A stretch of 64,000 nucleotides of DNA from Heterodontus francisci. Lineage: Eukaryota. Below the pieces are notes generated by a model. The model made no database searches and was not told where the DNA came from. It was given only the letters and a program-made list of their open reading frames with translations. Location: assembly GCF_036365525.1 (NCBI RefSeq), contig NW_027141721.1, positions 62,001 through 126,000 on the forward strand, in the 5' to 3' direction. The position numbers and the translations under genes are program-made. Numbering within the stretch: position 1 is the first letter of the stretch; each line of letters starts with the position of its first letter. This document shows, piece by piece, positions 12,222 through 25,059 of the stretch.

Positions 12222-13600
12222 GATTTCTTCATCCGATACCAACTCGATGTGTGAACACGTGGAGTTTTCAACAACACACTTGCAGGCGGTTTCTATATTG
12301 TGTTCAATTAAATACCCAGCATCCGGTTGTCATTGTTATTGGCAGTCACTTACTGCGACACTCTGCTCCACCCCATTACATTGTATAGCAATGTTGTTGA
12401 ATGATACAACACAGGAGGATAGGGGGAGATTGAATAGAGATGTTCACATTTCAGAAAGGGCTTTGATGGAGTAGAATTCAGGGAAGCAACACTCTATACC
12501 CAGAGAGTGTGCCCATCCCTTATTGCCCCTGAGAAGGTGGTGGTGAACCATCTTCGGAAATACCTGCTGGGCCATATCAGAGGGCAATTAATAGTTAACC
12601 ACATTGCTGTGGGTCTGCAGTCACATATAGGCCAGACCGGGTAAGAATGGCAGATTTCCTTCCCTGAAGGTCATCAATGAATACGTTGGGTTTTTACGAC
12701 ACTCCATGTTCAGAATTGCTCTTACTTTCCATTACAGATTTTATTTATTTACTTAATTAAATTTAAATTCAATTTCTGCCCTGGTGAGAATTGAACTCAT
12801 GTCTGGGGATCATTAGTCCAGGCCTCTGGATTACTAGTCCACTAACATAACTGCTCTGCTACCGTACCTCCTTGCTGAATGGCGGTTAAAGGGTTAAATT
12901 GTTCACTGGTCTGAACTGCTAGTTTCTTTGAAGATCACATCAAATGTGAGTCGAGTCTAAGATGAAAGTGGGTAAAGAGTTTTCAGCAGCTTCTGAACTG
13001 GAGAGGGGTCTCACTTTGAACAGTGTGAAACAGCGCTCAGATGGTTAATGGTTCTGCGCTGAGTTAGTTCCTGTGTATGAGGGGGTTGTTCGCCTCGGTG
13101 TAGTGAAGGTTAGAGGGAGATTAACCAGACTGGTATCAGGGATGAGGGACTTCAGTTACTGTGGAGAGACTGGAGAAGCTGGGGGTTTCTGCCCTTCGAG
13201 CAGAGAAGGTTAATGGTAGATGTGATACAGATATTGAAGATCATAGAGGATTTTGATAGATAATTGATGACAAATCACATCATCTACTGGTCAATATATA
13301 GAAAATCTATGAAAAGATGGTCATTCATTACATTACTGCAGTATGTTTAATTAGTTCATACAAACTGTAATTACCTAAAGATAGAGTTAGATAGATAGAG
13401 AGACAGAGAGATAGATAACCAGGTAGAGAGATAGATAGATAGAGAGACAGAGAGATAGATAACCAGGTAAAGAGATAGATAGATAGAGAGACAGAGAGAT
13501 AAACAATCAGGTGGACAGATAGATATGAACAATAAGCTTCAATCTACTGCTGCCCCCTGCCAGTTGAAGATGAGCACTGAACTCCCGTTCATCCGCTGCA

Positions 13601-13639
13601 GGTTTTTGCAGCTGCTGATCCGCTTTCTCAAACACTGTG
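13601..13639 (-). other. 23-RSS of TRBV A4
   Basis: CACAGTG + 23 nt + GCAAAAACC; one 45-bp unit at ~13543-13582. Confidence 0.95.
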
Positions 13640-14474
13640 CGATACTACAAGCGCAGAAATAGACAGCGGTGTGAGATGGAGCGGCGTCTCTCAGTGCCAA
13701 AGTAAATAGTGTATTGCTGGCTCTGTCTGCCTTAAATGACTCGGACGTGTAATTGGTGACAGACCCTGTTCCAGCAGAATAGAACAGAGCTTCCAGTGCC
13801 CTGTCTGGTTGTTGTCTGTACCAGTACATTGTAGGATAGCCAGTATTCTTCAGCGTGCATCTGAGTGTTGTCGACTCTCCTGCTGCAATCGATAGGATCG
13901 AGGGTGACTGTTCCACATAGGAGGCGAGTATTCCTGTGGAATGGAGCATCGATTAGATTATTATTTCAGTCAATAATGGACTGGAGCAGGGGCTGCAATA
14001 CAAGAAAGAGAGGGCTTACATTAATATATCGCCGTTCAGGACCTCAGGGCATCAGAAAGGGCTTTGCAACCAATGTAGTTACTCCCTCGGTACTGCCTCT
14101 GCGACAGTGCGGCAATCCCTCAGTACTGCCTCTGCAACAGTGCAGCACTCCCTCAGTACTGCCTCTGCGACAGTGCAGCACTCCCTCAGTACTGCCTCTG
14201 CGACAGTGCAGCACTCCCTCAGTACTGCCTCTGCGACAGTGCAGCACACCCTCAGTACTGCCTCTGCAACAGTCCAGCACTCCCTCAGCCCTGACACCTG
14301 GGGTGTTAGTTTTGACTTTGAGCTCAAGTGTTCTGGAGTGAGACTCTGACACAGCAGTGTTATGGAACAGAATCACCGCTGACATTACAATACATTATTC
14401 GACACAGTTTCTGACTTTGACTTACGTGGGAAGAGTGCAGCCATCAAGATTAGACTGAGAACTTCATGCAACAT
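13640..14474 (-). CDS. TRBV: TCR beta V segment, family A copy 4 (intact)
   Basis: Leader 14474-14426 MLHEVLSLILMAALFP; V exon 13933-13640 open, YFCACSI. Confidence 0.88.
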
Positions 14475-16480
14475 GATTTCTTCATTCGATACGAACTCGA
14501 TGTGTGAACGTGTGGAGTTTTCAACAACACACTTGCAGGCAGTTTCTATATTGTATCCAATTAAATACCCAGCATCCGGTTGTCATTGTGATTGGCAGTC
14601 ACTTACTGCGACACTCTGCTCCACCCCATTAATTTACATAGCAATGTTGTAGAATGATACAACACAAGGGGATAGGGGGAGATTGAATAGAGGTGTTCAC
14701 ATTTCAGAAAGGGATTTGATAGAGTAGAATTCAGGGAAACAACCCTCTGTTCCCGGAGAGTGTGCCCATCCCTTATTGCCCTTGAGAAGGTGGTGGTGAA
14801 CCATCTTCGGGAATGCCTGCTGGGCAGTTAATAGTCAACAACATTGCTGTTGGTCTGGAGGCACATATAGGCCAGACCGGGTAAGAACGGCATATTTCAC
14901 TCTGTTCACTATGGAGAAGGATGATGTAGGTGTAGATATCAGGGAGGGGGGTTGTGATATTCTTGAACATATTAGCTTTTAAAGGGAGGAGTATTAGCTG
15001 TTTTAGCAGTCTTAAAAGTGGATAAGACCGCAGCCCGGATGAGACATATCCCAGGCTGTTATGTGAGGCAAGGGAGGAGATTTCAGGGCCTCTGACACAA
15101 ATTTTCAATTCTCTCTGGCCACAGGAGTGGTCTCAGAGGACTGGAGGATAGCGAATGTGGTACCATTATTCAAGAAGGACACTTGTGCTCTTCTGAACTC
15201 GCTGTCAGGAGGCAGGTGTCCCAGAGATGAAGTTATCTGGAGAGGGATCTCGCCTTTGAACAGTGTGAAACAGCGCTCAGATGGTTAAGGGTTCTGAGCT
15301 GAGTTAGTTCCTGTTCATTGGGGGGTTGTTCGCCTCTGTGTAGTGAAGGTTAGAGGGAGATTAACCAGACTGGTACCAGGGATGAGGGAGTTCAATTACT
15401 GTGGAGAGACTGGAGAAGCTGGGGGTTTCTCTCCTGAGAGCAGAGAAGGTTAATGGTAGATGTGATACAGATATTGAAGGTGATAAAAGATTTTGATAGA
15501 TAATTGATGACAAACCACATCATCTACTGGTCAATGTATAGAAAATCCTGGAAAAGATGGTCATTCATTATATTAGTGCAGCATGTTTAATTAGTTCATA
15601 CAAAGTGTAATCACCTAAATATAAAGTTGGATAGATAGAGAGACAGAGAGATAGATCACCAGGTAGAGAGATAGATTGATATCGAGAGAGGTAGAGAAAT
15701 AGAGAGTTGGAGGGAAAGTCAGACAGGTAGAGAAATAGCGAGCTACATAGAGAGACAGTCACTGCCCCTGTAAAAGACAGGAATGTTAATTCGCAAACTC
15801 CCATTTTACGCCGGCTTTGTAGCTAGTGGTAGAGTGGGGAATAGAGAGAGAGGGAGCGAGAGAGATGGAGAGAGAGGGATGGAGAGAGAGGGATGGAGAG
15901 AGAGGGATGGAGCGAGAGGGATGGAGAGAGGGAGCGACAGAAAGTTATTGAAAAGTCACGAACTCATTGAAGGGCGGAGTTTTTTCGAGGTGATGAATGT
16001 TCTCCTTGTGTTCCCAGGTCACTGTTAAACTGTGTTCCAGACTCTGATGTTTATCATGGTCCAACAGCGCACTCTGCTGTCCCTTTGGAGAAAGAAAACG
16101 CAGTGAAATAAAACCACACCGGATCTATCTATCTGTCTATCTGACTGTCTGTCTGTCTGTTTTTATCTGATCTTCATTTCAGATATTAAAATCTTTAATA
16201 ATCTCTCTAAGACCGCTGAAAGTTTACCCTTGTCTTCTCCTTTCTGGAGAAATAATCCCCCGATGTACAAACTATCTTGATAACTTTAACCTCTGTGTTC
16301 TGATATCATTCCTGTCAAGTCTATTTCACAATTCCCCTGTGTTTCTATATCTAACCTCTCAATTTCTATTTAAATACGCCCTGTCTTCTTGTGAAAAACA
16401 TGTTACCAATGAAAAAAACACCCAACAGGACGCAGCACCGCCTGGTTTTATCTGAAACAGGTATTTCCTGCTGCCTTTGG

Positions 16481-16519
16481 GGTTTTTCTTGAACTGCTCC
16501 ATCGCTCTGAGTCACTGTG
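16481..16519 (-). other. 23-RSS of B2
   Basis: CACAGTG + 23 nt + AGAAAAACC. Confidence 0.9.
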
Positions 16520-16975
16520 AAGACTCCAGGCACAGAAATACACGGCCGAGTGATTCTCCCACAGGCTGAAGGACTCCAGGTTGAACTCGCACTAATCAGG
16601 TCTCTCGGCGGTGAAACCATCCACCGTCCCCTCTGGATCCACATAGTTAGCAGTACTGGAGTAAAACATCAACAGCAGCTCCTTCCCCAGCTCTTGTCTG
16701 TACCAGTACATGTTGAAGTTACTGCGGCTCCCCTCCACAGTGCACCTCAGTTCCACTCCTTTCCCGGGAAATCTGGAGACAGCGGCGGGTGTCTGGTGGA
16801 TAGTCTGTGAGTTCACATCTGGGAGAGAGATGGAGAGAGGAGGAGATCAGTAAACAGGGAATATCTGGGAATGAAAGGGAGACAGGGAGAGGAGAGGAAA
16901 GTTATTAACGATAATCTTTGTATTTCATGCTCACTTACAATGAAACAGGATTATCAGACACAGTAACTGATACAT
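16520..16975 (-). pseudogene. TRBV: TRBV family B copy 2 pseudogene
   Basis: Leader 16975-16939; V exon 16818-16520 with in-frame TAG after FTAERPD. Confidence 0.88.
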
Positions 16976-17162
16976 CTTTCACTTCAACTTGTTCTCTTAA
17001 TAGACACAGGAGTGAGAGCAGGAGCTTAGAGTCTTGTGAAGGTCCAAATCCACTCTTTACAAATCATTGGGAGGAACATGAAGAGCATTAGGAAGTGATA
17101 CAATGTTGGAGACGCCCATTCCCCCAGGTCAACAAATCAGAATTGAATTGGCTGCCAATCTG

Positions 17163-17221
<59 letters not shown>

Positions 17222-18121
17222 CTCTATCAGAGTTTACCTTCCGCTCTCTTGCACTCCCTCTCTGTCTCTCTCTCTCTCTCACCTCATGTGTCTCGGGATA
17301 TGTCTCCCACTCTCTTCCTTTCTCAGATTCTCTCTCCCTCTCTATCTCAGTCTGTCTTCACTCACTTTCTCTCTCTGACTCTCCCTCTCTCCTCATATAT
17401 CTAAGGTTATGTCTCCCATTCTCTCCTTCTCTCTGACTCTCCCTCTCTCATACTCTTGTTATCTCTTTAGTTATTTCCCTTTCTCTGCCTCTCTCTAGAT
17501 CTATCTCCCTATCCATCACAGGCTCTTTATCACAGTCTCTCTTGCTCTCCGTCTCTCTCTCAGTGTCCCTCTCTCTCTCATTATGTGTCTCTTGCTGTCT
17601 CACTGTCTTTGCCTCTATCTCCGTCTCCCTCTCTGTCTCAGTCACTTTAACTCTGTCTGTCGTTTTTCCTCTCACTCACTGAACCTCGCTCTCTCTTTTA
17701 CACACATGCACTCTCTTTCTCTCTCTAAAGGAGTGGGTGTCCTTGTCCTGCTAATGTGTATCAAGCTGGATCGACATGATCTCCTGCTATCTTAGTTGTC
17801 TCACTAAATCCTTCTCAAAGCCATTGTCTGGTCCATGGTCCTGGATCCCCCTCTGCTGTCCCTGTGGAGAAGGTAAACACAGGGTCAGTGCATAAAAACC
17901 CAGATTATTGTCATTGATTCCTGATAGTTACATTCTGAGATCTCGTGACATCCTCATTAATCGTTCATTGCACCCTCGGCAGTACCTGTTAATCTAGTGT
18001 GTCACTATAATCATAACTCAACTCTTTTTTTTGTAACAAACACTTTCACTCTGCATAAAGAAACAACAGGTAGAGGCACCAAACGGTTTTATCCCCCACA
18101 GGTGTTTCCTGCTGCCTTTGG

Positions 18122-18160
18122 GATTTTTGTTGAACTGCTCCATCTCTCTGAGTCCCTGTG
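18122..18160 (-). other. 23-RSS of B3
   Basis: CACAGGG + 23 nt + ACAAAAATC. Confidence 0.88.
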
Positions 18161-18645
18161 GTCTTTCCAGGCACAGAAATACACGGCCGAGTGATTCTCC
18201 CGCAGGCTGGAGGACTCCAGGTTGAACTTGGAGTCAGTCGGTCTATCGGCGGTGAAACCCTCCTCCCTCCCCTCTGAGTCCACTCTTTGTGCAGTTAGGG
18301 AGTAAAACATCAGTTGCAGCTCCTTCCCCGGGTATTGTCTGTACCAGTACATGTAAGGGTTACTGGTACCATCCACGGTGCATTTCAGCTTCACCTGCTC
18401 CTCAGAACATCTGGAGACAGTGGCGGGAGTCTGGAGGATAGTCTGTGAGTTCACATCTGGGAAAGAGACAGGGAGAGGAGGAGATCAGTATACAGGGAAA
18501 TTCAGTCCAGTGGGGAGAGAGAAAGAGAGAGAAGGAGAGAACGAAATAAATAAAAACATATCCTAAAGAAATGTTAAGTAGAATTATTGTTTCAATAAAA
18601 TCCCTTACGGTGAAACAGGGTGATCAGAGTCAGTAACAGATACAT
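18161..18645 (-). CDS. TRBV: TCR beta V segment, family B copy 3 (intact)
   Basis: Leader 18645-18609 MYLLLTLITLFH; V exon 18456-18161 VNSQTILQTP..KC..WYRQYPGK..YFCAWKD. Confidence 0.87.
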
Positions 18646-20531
18646 CTTTTACTTCAAGCTGCCTTCTGAATCTGCAAAGGGGAGAGAGCAGGAGTGATGA
18701 GTGTTGTCAATAACCAACCCACTCTTTACAAATCATTGGGAGGAACAGGGAGAGCATTAGGAAGTGATGCAGAGATGGTGACGTTCATTTCCCACATCAA
18801 CAAATGAGAATCGAGTTGGTTGCCAATGTCCCACTTTCTCTCTCTCTCTCTGTCTCTCCCTGTCCTTTACTTGTGATGCTCCTTTCTTCCTCTCTGTCTC
18901 TCTTCTATGCCTCCCTATATGTCTCAGTCTGTTTATTTCAGACTCTCTCTCACAGATACACACACATTAGGTCTCTCTCTCTGTCTTTGTTTGTCTCTCT
19001 CGCTGTGTGTGTGTGTCTCTCTCTCTCTCTTTGTCTCTCTCTCTGTCTCTCTGCCTCTCTCGCTGTGTGTGTGTGTCTCTCTCTCTCTCTTCTCTCTCTC
19101 TAAGGATGTGGATTTCCTTCTCCTGGTCATGTATATCAACCTGGAGGACTGTATGATCTCCCACTGTTTCAGTTTTCCTGTGAACTCCTTCTCAAAAGCC
19201 ATTGTACATCACATGGTGCAAGAGCGTCCTCAGCTGTCCCTGTGGTGAAAACATACACAGTGTCAGTCTATAACAGCCCCAGTCCTTTTATTGTTATTCA
19301 TTCCTGATAGTTACAATCCTGAGATCACGGGATATTCTTCTTCAATGAGTTGGAAGATGAATGGGCACGGATACAAAGCTGTGCATGTGTGTGCGTGTGT
19401 TTTTCACTTGCTCTGTCTTTAGTTCACTGTCTCCCTCTGTTTTACTGCTCTCTGTCTTTCTCGCCCTGTCTCTTTCTGTGTGTGTGTCTGTCTGTCTTCC
19501 AATCTGTCTCAGTCTCTTCCTCTGTGTTTTTTTGTTTTTCTCTCGCACTTCCTTCTTCCCCCTCTCTGTCCTCCTCTCTCTCCTCTGTCTGTCTCTCTGT
19601 CTCAGTCGCTTTCCCTCAGTCGCTTTCTCACAGTCTCTCTCTCTCAGTCTCTCTCTCTCAGTCTCTCTCTCTCTGTCCCTCTCTCTCTCAGTCTCTCGCT
19701 CTCAGTTTATCTCTCCCTCAGTCTCTCTATCTCTCTGTCTCTCTGTCCCTCTCTCTCTCTCTGTCTCTCTCTGTCTCTCAGTCTCGCTCTCTCAGTCTCT
19801 CTCACTGTTTCTCTGTCTCAGTTTCTCTGTCTCAGTCTCTTCCTCTGTGTTTTTTGTTTTCCCTCTCTGTCCTCCTCGCTCTCCTCTCTCTTCTCCTCTC
19901 TGTCTCNNNNNNNNNNNNNNNNNNNNNNNNNNNNNNNNNNNNNNNNNNNNNNNNNNNNNNNNNNNNNNNNNNNNNNNNNNNNNNNNNNNNNNNNNNNNNN
20001 NNNNNNNNNNNNNNNNNNNNNNNNNNNNNNNNNNNNNNNNNNNNNNNNNNCTCTCAATCTTGTTCTATCCCTCTCTCACACACTCGGTCTCCATCTCTTT
20101 GTCTCTCTCGTTGAGTGTGTGTGTATCCCTCTCTAAGGTGATGAATGTGCTTCTCCTGTCAATGTGTCGGAAGCTCGAGGGCTGTTTGACCTCTGCCTCT
20201 TTCTGTTTTCCTGTTAAATGTTTGCCCGGCCATTGTGTATTCATGGTCCGAGAGCACCCTCTGTTAACCCTATAGAGGAGGAAAACTCAGTGTCAATGCA
20301 GAAAAACTCAAGTCGTTTTATAGTTGATCTTTCCTGATAGTTACAACCTCAGATCTGGTGTCACCTTGTTAATTGTTCATTGCACAATCTCCACTAACTG
20401 TATATCTAATCTCTCACTACCACGCTGACCCATCTCTTCTTGTTATCATAAACACTTTCGCTCTGCAAAACGAAAGAAATTCGAGGCTTCGGGCAGTTTT
20501 ACCTTCCACAGGTGTTTCCTGCTGCCTTTGG

Positions 20532-20570
20532 TGTTTTTGTTGAACTGCTCCAACTCTCTGAGTCACTGTG
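20532..20570 (-). other. 23-RSS of B4
   Basis: CACAGTG + 23 nt + ACAAAAACA. Confidence 0.93.
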
Positions 20571-21044
20571 ATCTCTCCAGGCACAGAAATACACGGCCGT
20601 GTGATTCTCCCGCAGGCTGGAGGGCTCCAGATTGAACTGGGAGCTAGTCGGTCTCTCGGCGGTGAAACCGTCCACCGCCTTCTCCGGATTTATGTGATCA
20701 GTACCTGTGGAGTAAAACATAAACTGTGGCTCCTTCCCCGGGTATTGTCTGTACCAGAACATGTCAGGGTTACTGCTGCCCTGCACGGTGCATTTCAGCT
20801 TCACCTGCTCCTCAGAAAATTTGGAGACAGCGGCGGGAGTCTGGTGGATATTCTGTGAGTTCACATCTGGGAAAGAGACAGGGAGAGGAGGAGATCAGTA
20901 AACAGGGAAATTCAGTCCAGTGGGAGAGAGAAAGAGAGAAATAAATAAATAAAAACATCACCTAAAGAAATGTTAAGTAGAATTATTGTTTCAATAAAAT
21001 GCCTTACAGTGAAACAGGGTGATCAGAGTCAGTAACAGATACAT
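20571..21044 (-). CDS. TRBV: TCR beta V segment, family B copy 4 (intact)
   Basis: Leader 21044-21008; V exon 20866-20571 VNSQNIHQTP..WYRQYPGK..YFCAWRD. Confidence 0.88.
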
Positions 21045-23364
21045 CATTTACTTTAAGCTGCCCTCTGAATCAGCAAAGGGGAGAGAGCAGGAGTGATGAG
21101 TGTTGTCAATAACCAACCCACTCTTTATAAATCATTGGGAGGAACAGGAAGAGCATTAGGAAGTGATGCAGAGATGGTGACGCCCAGGTAAACAAGTCAG
21201 AGTGGAGTAGGTTGACAATGTCTCTCTCTCTCTGTCTGCATACATCCAGCTTTATGTCTACAACTCTTTCATTCTCTTTCTCTCTCTGTATCTGTGTGTG
21301 TTTGTGTGTGTGTGCATCTTTCTGTCTCTGTCTCCCTCTGTCCCGTTCATTTCCACTGAGCTTTTCCTCACGACGTCTCCCTGATTCACCTTCTCTGTCT
21401 CTATGTTTCATCACCGGATTGATTGAGAACCAGAGGTCACTTATTGATGGTAATTGGCAGAAGATCCAAAGGTGAACTGAGGAAACGTTTTGACACAGTG
21501 AATGGTTAGGATCTGGAATGCACTACCTGAGAGTGCGGGGGAGGCAGTTTCAATCGTCGCTTTCAAAAGGAAATTTGAATAATTATGTGTAAGGAAAATG
21601 TGCAGTGTTATGTAGAAAGGGCAGGGGGAGTGGGACTAGCTGCAGAGACCAAGTACAGCAACAGGCTAACAGCATTTTGGAACATCCTGCATTCAGGCTG
21701 CAAGTGTGACCCTGAGATTCCGGTTAGCGGATACTTTTAATTCTCATTCACACTCCCACCCTGACCTCTCTGTCCTCGACCTCCTTCTCTGCTCCAGTGA
21801 AGCTCAACAGAAACTCGAAGAAAAGCACCTCATCTTTCAATTGGATTCTTGACAGCTTTTTGGGCTCAACAGTGAGTTAAACAATTTCTGATCATAACCA
21901 CTGCTCCGGTTTATATGGGCAGAGGTTTGTTGGTAATGATTGTGTTTCTGCCATTTCCATCTCCACTAGACCCATCTCTTGTTCTTTACTTGACCCATTA
22001 ACTTCCCCTTTGTCTTGCACCAGCCTTAGTTTTGTTATTAAATCTCTCCAGCATTCCTCCGATTCTCCCTCTCCCTGGCTTTGTGCTGCTTAAAAGTTGA
22101 TAGACCTCTAAATCCTTCCAGTTCTGCTGAATGATCTAGGACCTGATATGTTAATTTTTACCCCTCCACAGAGGCTGTCTGACCTGATTAGTATTTCCAT
22201 CCTTATTTATTTATAACCCAGAAACGCAATGAGCACCAATATAGCGACAGAGCCCCAAGAACCTAAACCATCCAGCATCTGCGGTATCTTGTGTTCAGTT
22301 CACCAGTCTGTAACAGGGATGTAGTTATTTAATTATCAGGAGAGGTTCATAGACACGTTTCAAAGTACCTATTGAAACATCATCAATAATCTGATCCTTA
22401 TCACGGTCCAACACCGGCCTCTGCTGTTGCTGTGGAGAAAGACAACATTGTCAGTGAATAAAACACAACAGTGTCTGTATATCTATTTACCTATCTGTCT
22501 CTGTTCCGATCGACCTACTTGTCTGNNNNNNNNNNNNNNNNNNNNNNNNNNNNNNNNNNNNNNNNNNNNNNNNNNNNNNNNNNNNNNNNNNNNNNNNNNN
22601 NNNNNNNNNNNNNNNNNNNNNNNNNNNNNNNNNNNNNNNNNNNNNNNNNNNNNNNNNNNNNNNNNNNNNNNNNNNNNNNNNNNNNNNNNNNNNNNNNNNN
22701 NNNNNNNNNNNNNNNNNNNNNNNNNNNNNNNNNNNNNNNNNNNNNNNNNNNNNNNNNNNNNNNNNNNNNNNNNNNNNNNNNNNNNNNNNNNNNNNNNNNN
22801 NNNNNNNNNNNNNNNNNNNNNNNNNNNNNNNNNNNNNNNNNNNNNNNNNNNNNNNNNNNNNNNNNNNNNNNNNNNNNNNNNNNNNNNNNNNNNNNNNNNN
22901 NNNNNNNNNNNNNNNNNNNNNNNNNNNNNNNNNNNNNNNNNNNNNNNNNNNNNNNNNNNNNNNNNNNNNNNNNNNNNNNNNNNNNNNNNNNNNNNNNNNN
23001 NNNNNNNNNNNNNNNNNNNNNNNNNNNNNNNNNNNNNNNNNNNNNNNNNNNNNNNNNNNNNNNNNNNNNNNNAACCCTTTCATAATCTCTCTATGAACTC
23101 TAAAGTTTCATCCTGAAGTCTTCTCGTTTCTGGAGAAACGATCCCCCAGCCTGTTCAGACTTCCTTGATCGTTATGACTTCTCAGTACCGGTATCATTCC
23201 TCTAAATTGTATCTCACAATTTTCCACTGTCTCTGAATCTAATTTCTTTCTATTTCAATCCGCTCTGTCTTCTTGTGAAAAACATGTTCCCATTGATAAA
23301 AACACCCAACAGGGTGCAGCACCGCCTGGTTTTATCTGAAACAGGTGTTTCCTGTTGCCTTTGG

Positions 23365-23856
23365 GGTTTTTATTGAACTGCTCCATCTCTCTGAGTCACT
23401 GTTAGGACTCCAGGCACAGAAATACACCGCAGAGTGATTCTCCTGCAGGCTGGAGGACTCCAGGTTGAACTGGTAGTCAGTCGGTCTCTCGGCTGTGAAA
23501 CCGTCCACCATCCCCTCTGGATCCACATAGTTAGCAGTATTGGAATAAAACATCAACAGCGGCTCCTTCCCCAGGTATTGTCTGTACCACTACATTCTAG
23601 CAGTACTGGTGCCCTCCACAGTGCACCTCAGTTCCACTGCCTCTCCACGCAATCTGGAGACAGCGGCTGGAATCTGGTGGATTGTCTGTGAGTTCACATC
23701 TGGGAGAGAGATGGAGAGAGGAGGAGATCAGTAAACAGGAAACTTCTGGGAATGAAAGGGAGACAGGGAGAGGAGAGGAAAGTTATTAACGATAAGCTTT
23801 GCATTTCACACTCACTTACAATGAAACAAGATTATCAGACACAGTAACTGATACAT
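23365..23856 (-). pseudogene. TRBV: TRBV family B copy 5 pseudogene with dead RSS
   Basis: V exon 23699-23404 with TAG just before WYRQ; heptamer AACAGTG (23403-23397); leader 23856-23820. Confidence 0.88.
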
Positions 23857-24943
23857 CTTTCACTATAACCTGTTCTCTTAATAGACACAGGAGTGAGAGC
23901 AGGAGCTTAGAGTCTTGTGAGGGTCCAAATCCACTCTTTACAAATCATTGGGAGGAACATGAAGAGCATTAGGAAGTGATACAATGTTGGTGACGCCCAT
24001 TCCCCCAGGTCAACAAATCAGAATTGAATTGGTTGCCAATCTCCTTCTCTCTCTCTGTCTCTCTCTCTCTCTATCTCAGTTTACCTTCCGCTCTCTTGCG
24101 CTCTCTCTCTGTCTCTCCTCATGTGTCTCGGGTTATGTCTCCCACTCTCTTCCTTTCTCAGACTCTCTCTCCCTCTCTATCTCAGTCTATCTTCACTCAC
24201 TTTCTCTCTCTGACTCTCCCTCTCCCCTCATGTATCTCGGGTCATGTCTCCCACTCTCTCATTCTCTCTGACTCTCCTTCTCTCTTACTCTTACTATCTC
24301 TTTAGTTCTTTCTCTGTCTCTCTCGAGATCTATTTCCCTATCTGCCGCAGGCTCTTTATCTCAGTCTCTCTTTCTCTCTGTCTCTCTCTCTCTGTCCCTC
24401 TCTCCCTCTGTCTCTCATTATGTGTCTCTTGCTGTCTCGCTGTCTTTGCCTCCAGCTCTGTCTCCCTCTTTGTCTCAGTCTCTTTAACACTGTCTGCCGT
24501 TTTTCCTCTCTCTCACTAGATCTCTCTCTCACACACGCACTCTTTCTCTCTCTAATGAAGTGGGTGTCCTTGTCCTGTTGATGTATGTCAAGCTGGATCT
24601 ACATGATCTCCTGCTCTTTCAATTTTCTCACTAAATTCTTCTCAAAGCTATTGTCCGTTCCATGGTCCTGGATCCCCCTCTGCTGTCCCTGTGGAGAAGG
24701 TAAAAACAGGGTCATAAAAACCCAGATTATTGTCATTGATTCCTGATAGTTACATTCTGAGATCTCGTGACATCCTTATTAATCGTTCATTGCACCCTCG
24801 GCAGTACCTGTAAATCTAGTGTGTCACTCCAATCATAACTCAACTCTTTTTATTGCAATAAACACTGTCACTCTGCATGAGGGAACGGTAGGTCAAGGTA
24901 CCGAGCAATTTTATCTGAAACAGGTGTTTCCTGCTGCCTTTGG

Positions 24944-25050
24944 GTTTTTTGTTGAACTGCTCCATCTCTCTGAGTCACTGTGATGTCTCCAGGCACAGAA
25001 ATACACGGCCGAGTGATTCTCCCGCAGGCTGGAGGTCTCCAGTTTGAAGT
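24944..25050 (-). pseudogene. TRBV: TRBV family B copy 6, 3' remnant with intact 23-RSS
   Basis: FKLETSSLRENHSAVYFCAWRH then CACAGTG-23-ACAAAAAAC; the 5' part is replaced by LINE sequence. Confidence 0.85.
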
Positions 25051-25059
25051 TGTATTTAT

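Noticed and set aside
17095-20275. Ser/Leu- and Arg/Glu-rich ORFs
   Set aside because: Translations of (CT)n/(GA)n low-complexity DNA, partly across N gaps
22427-23116. ORFs spanning N runs (gaps 6757-6885, 19907-20050, 22526-23072, 32217-32355)
   Set aside because: Assembly gaps carry no sequence information
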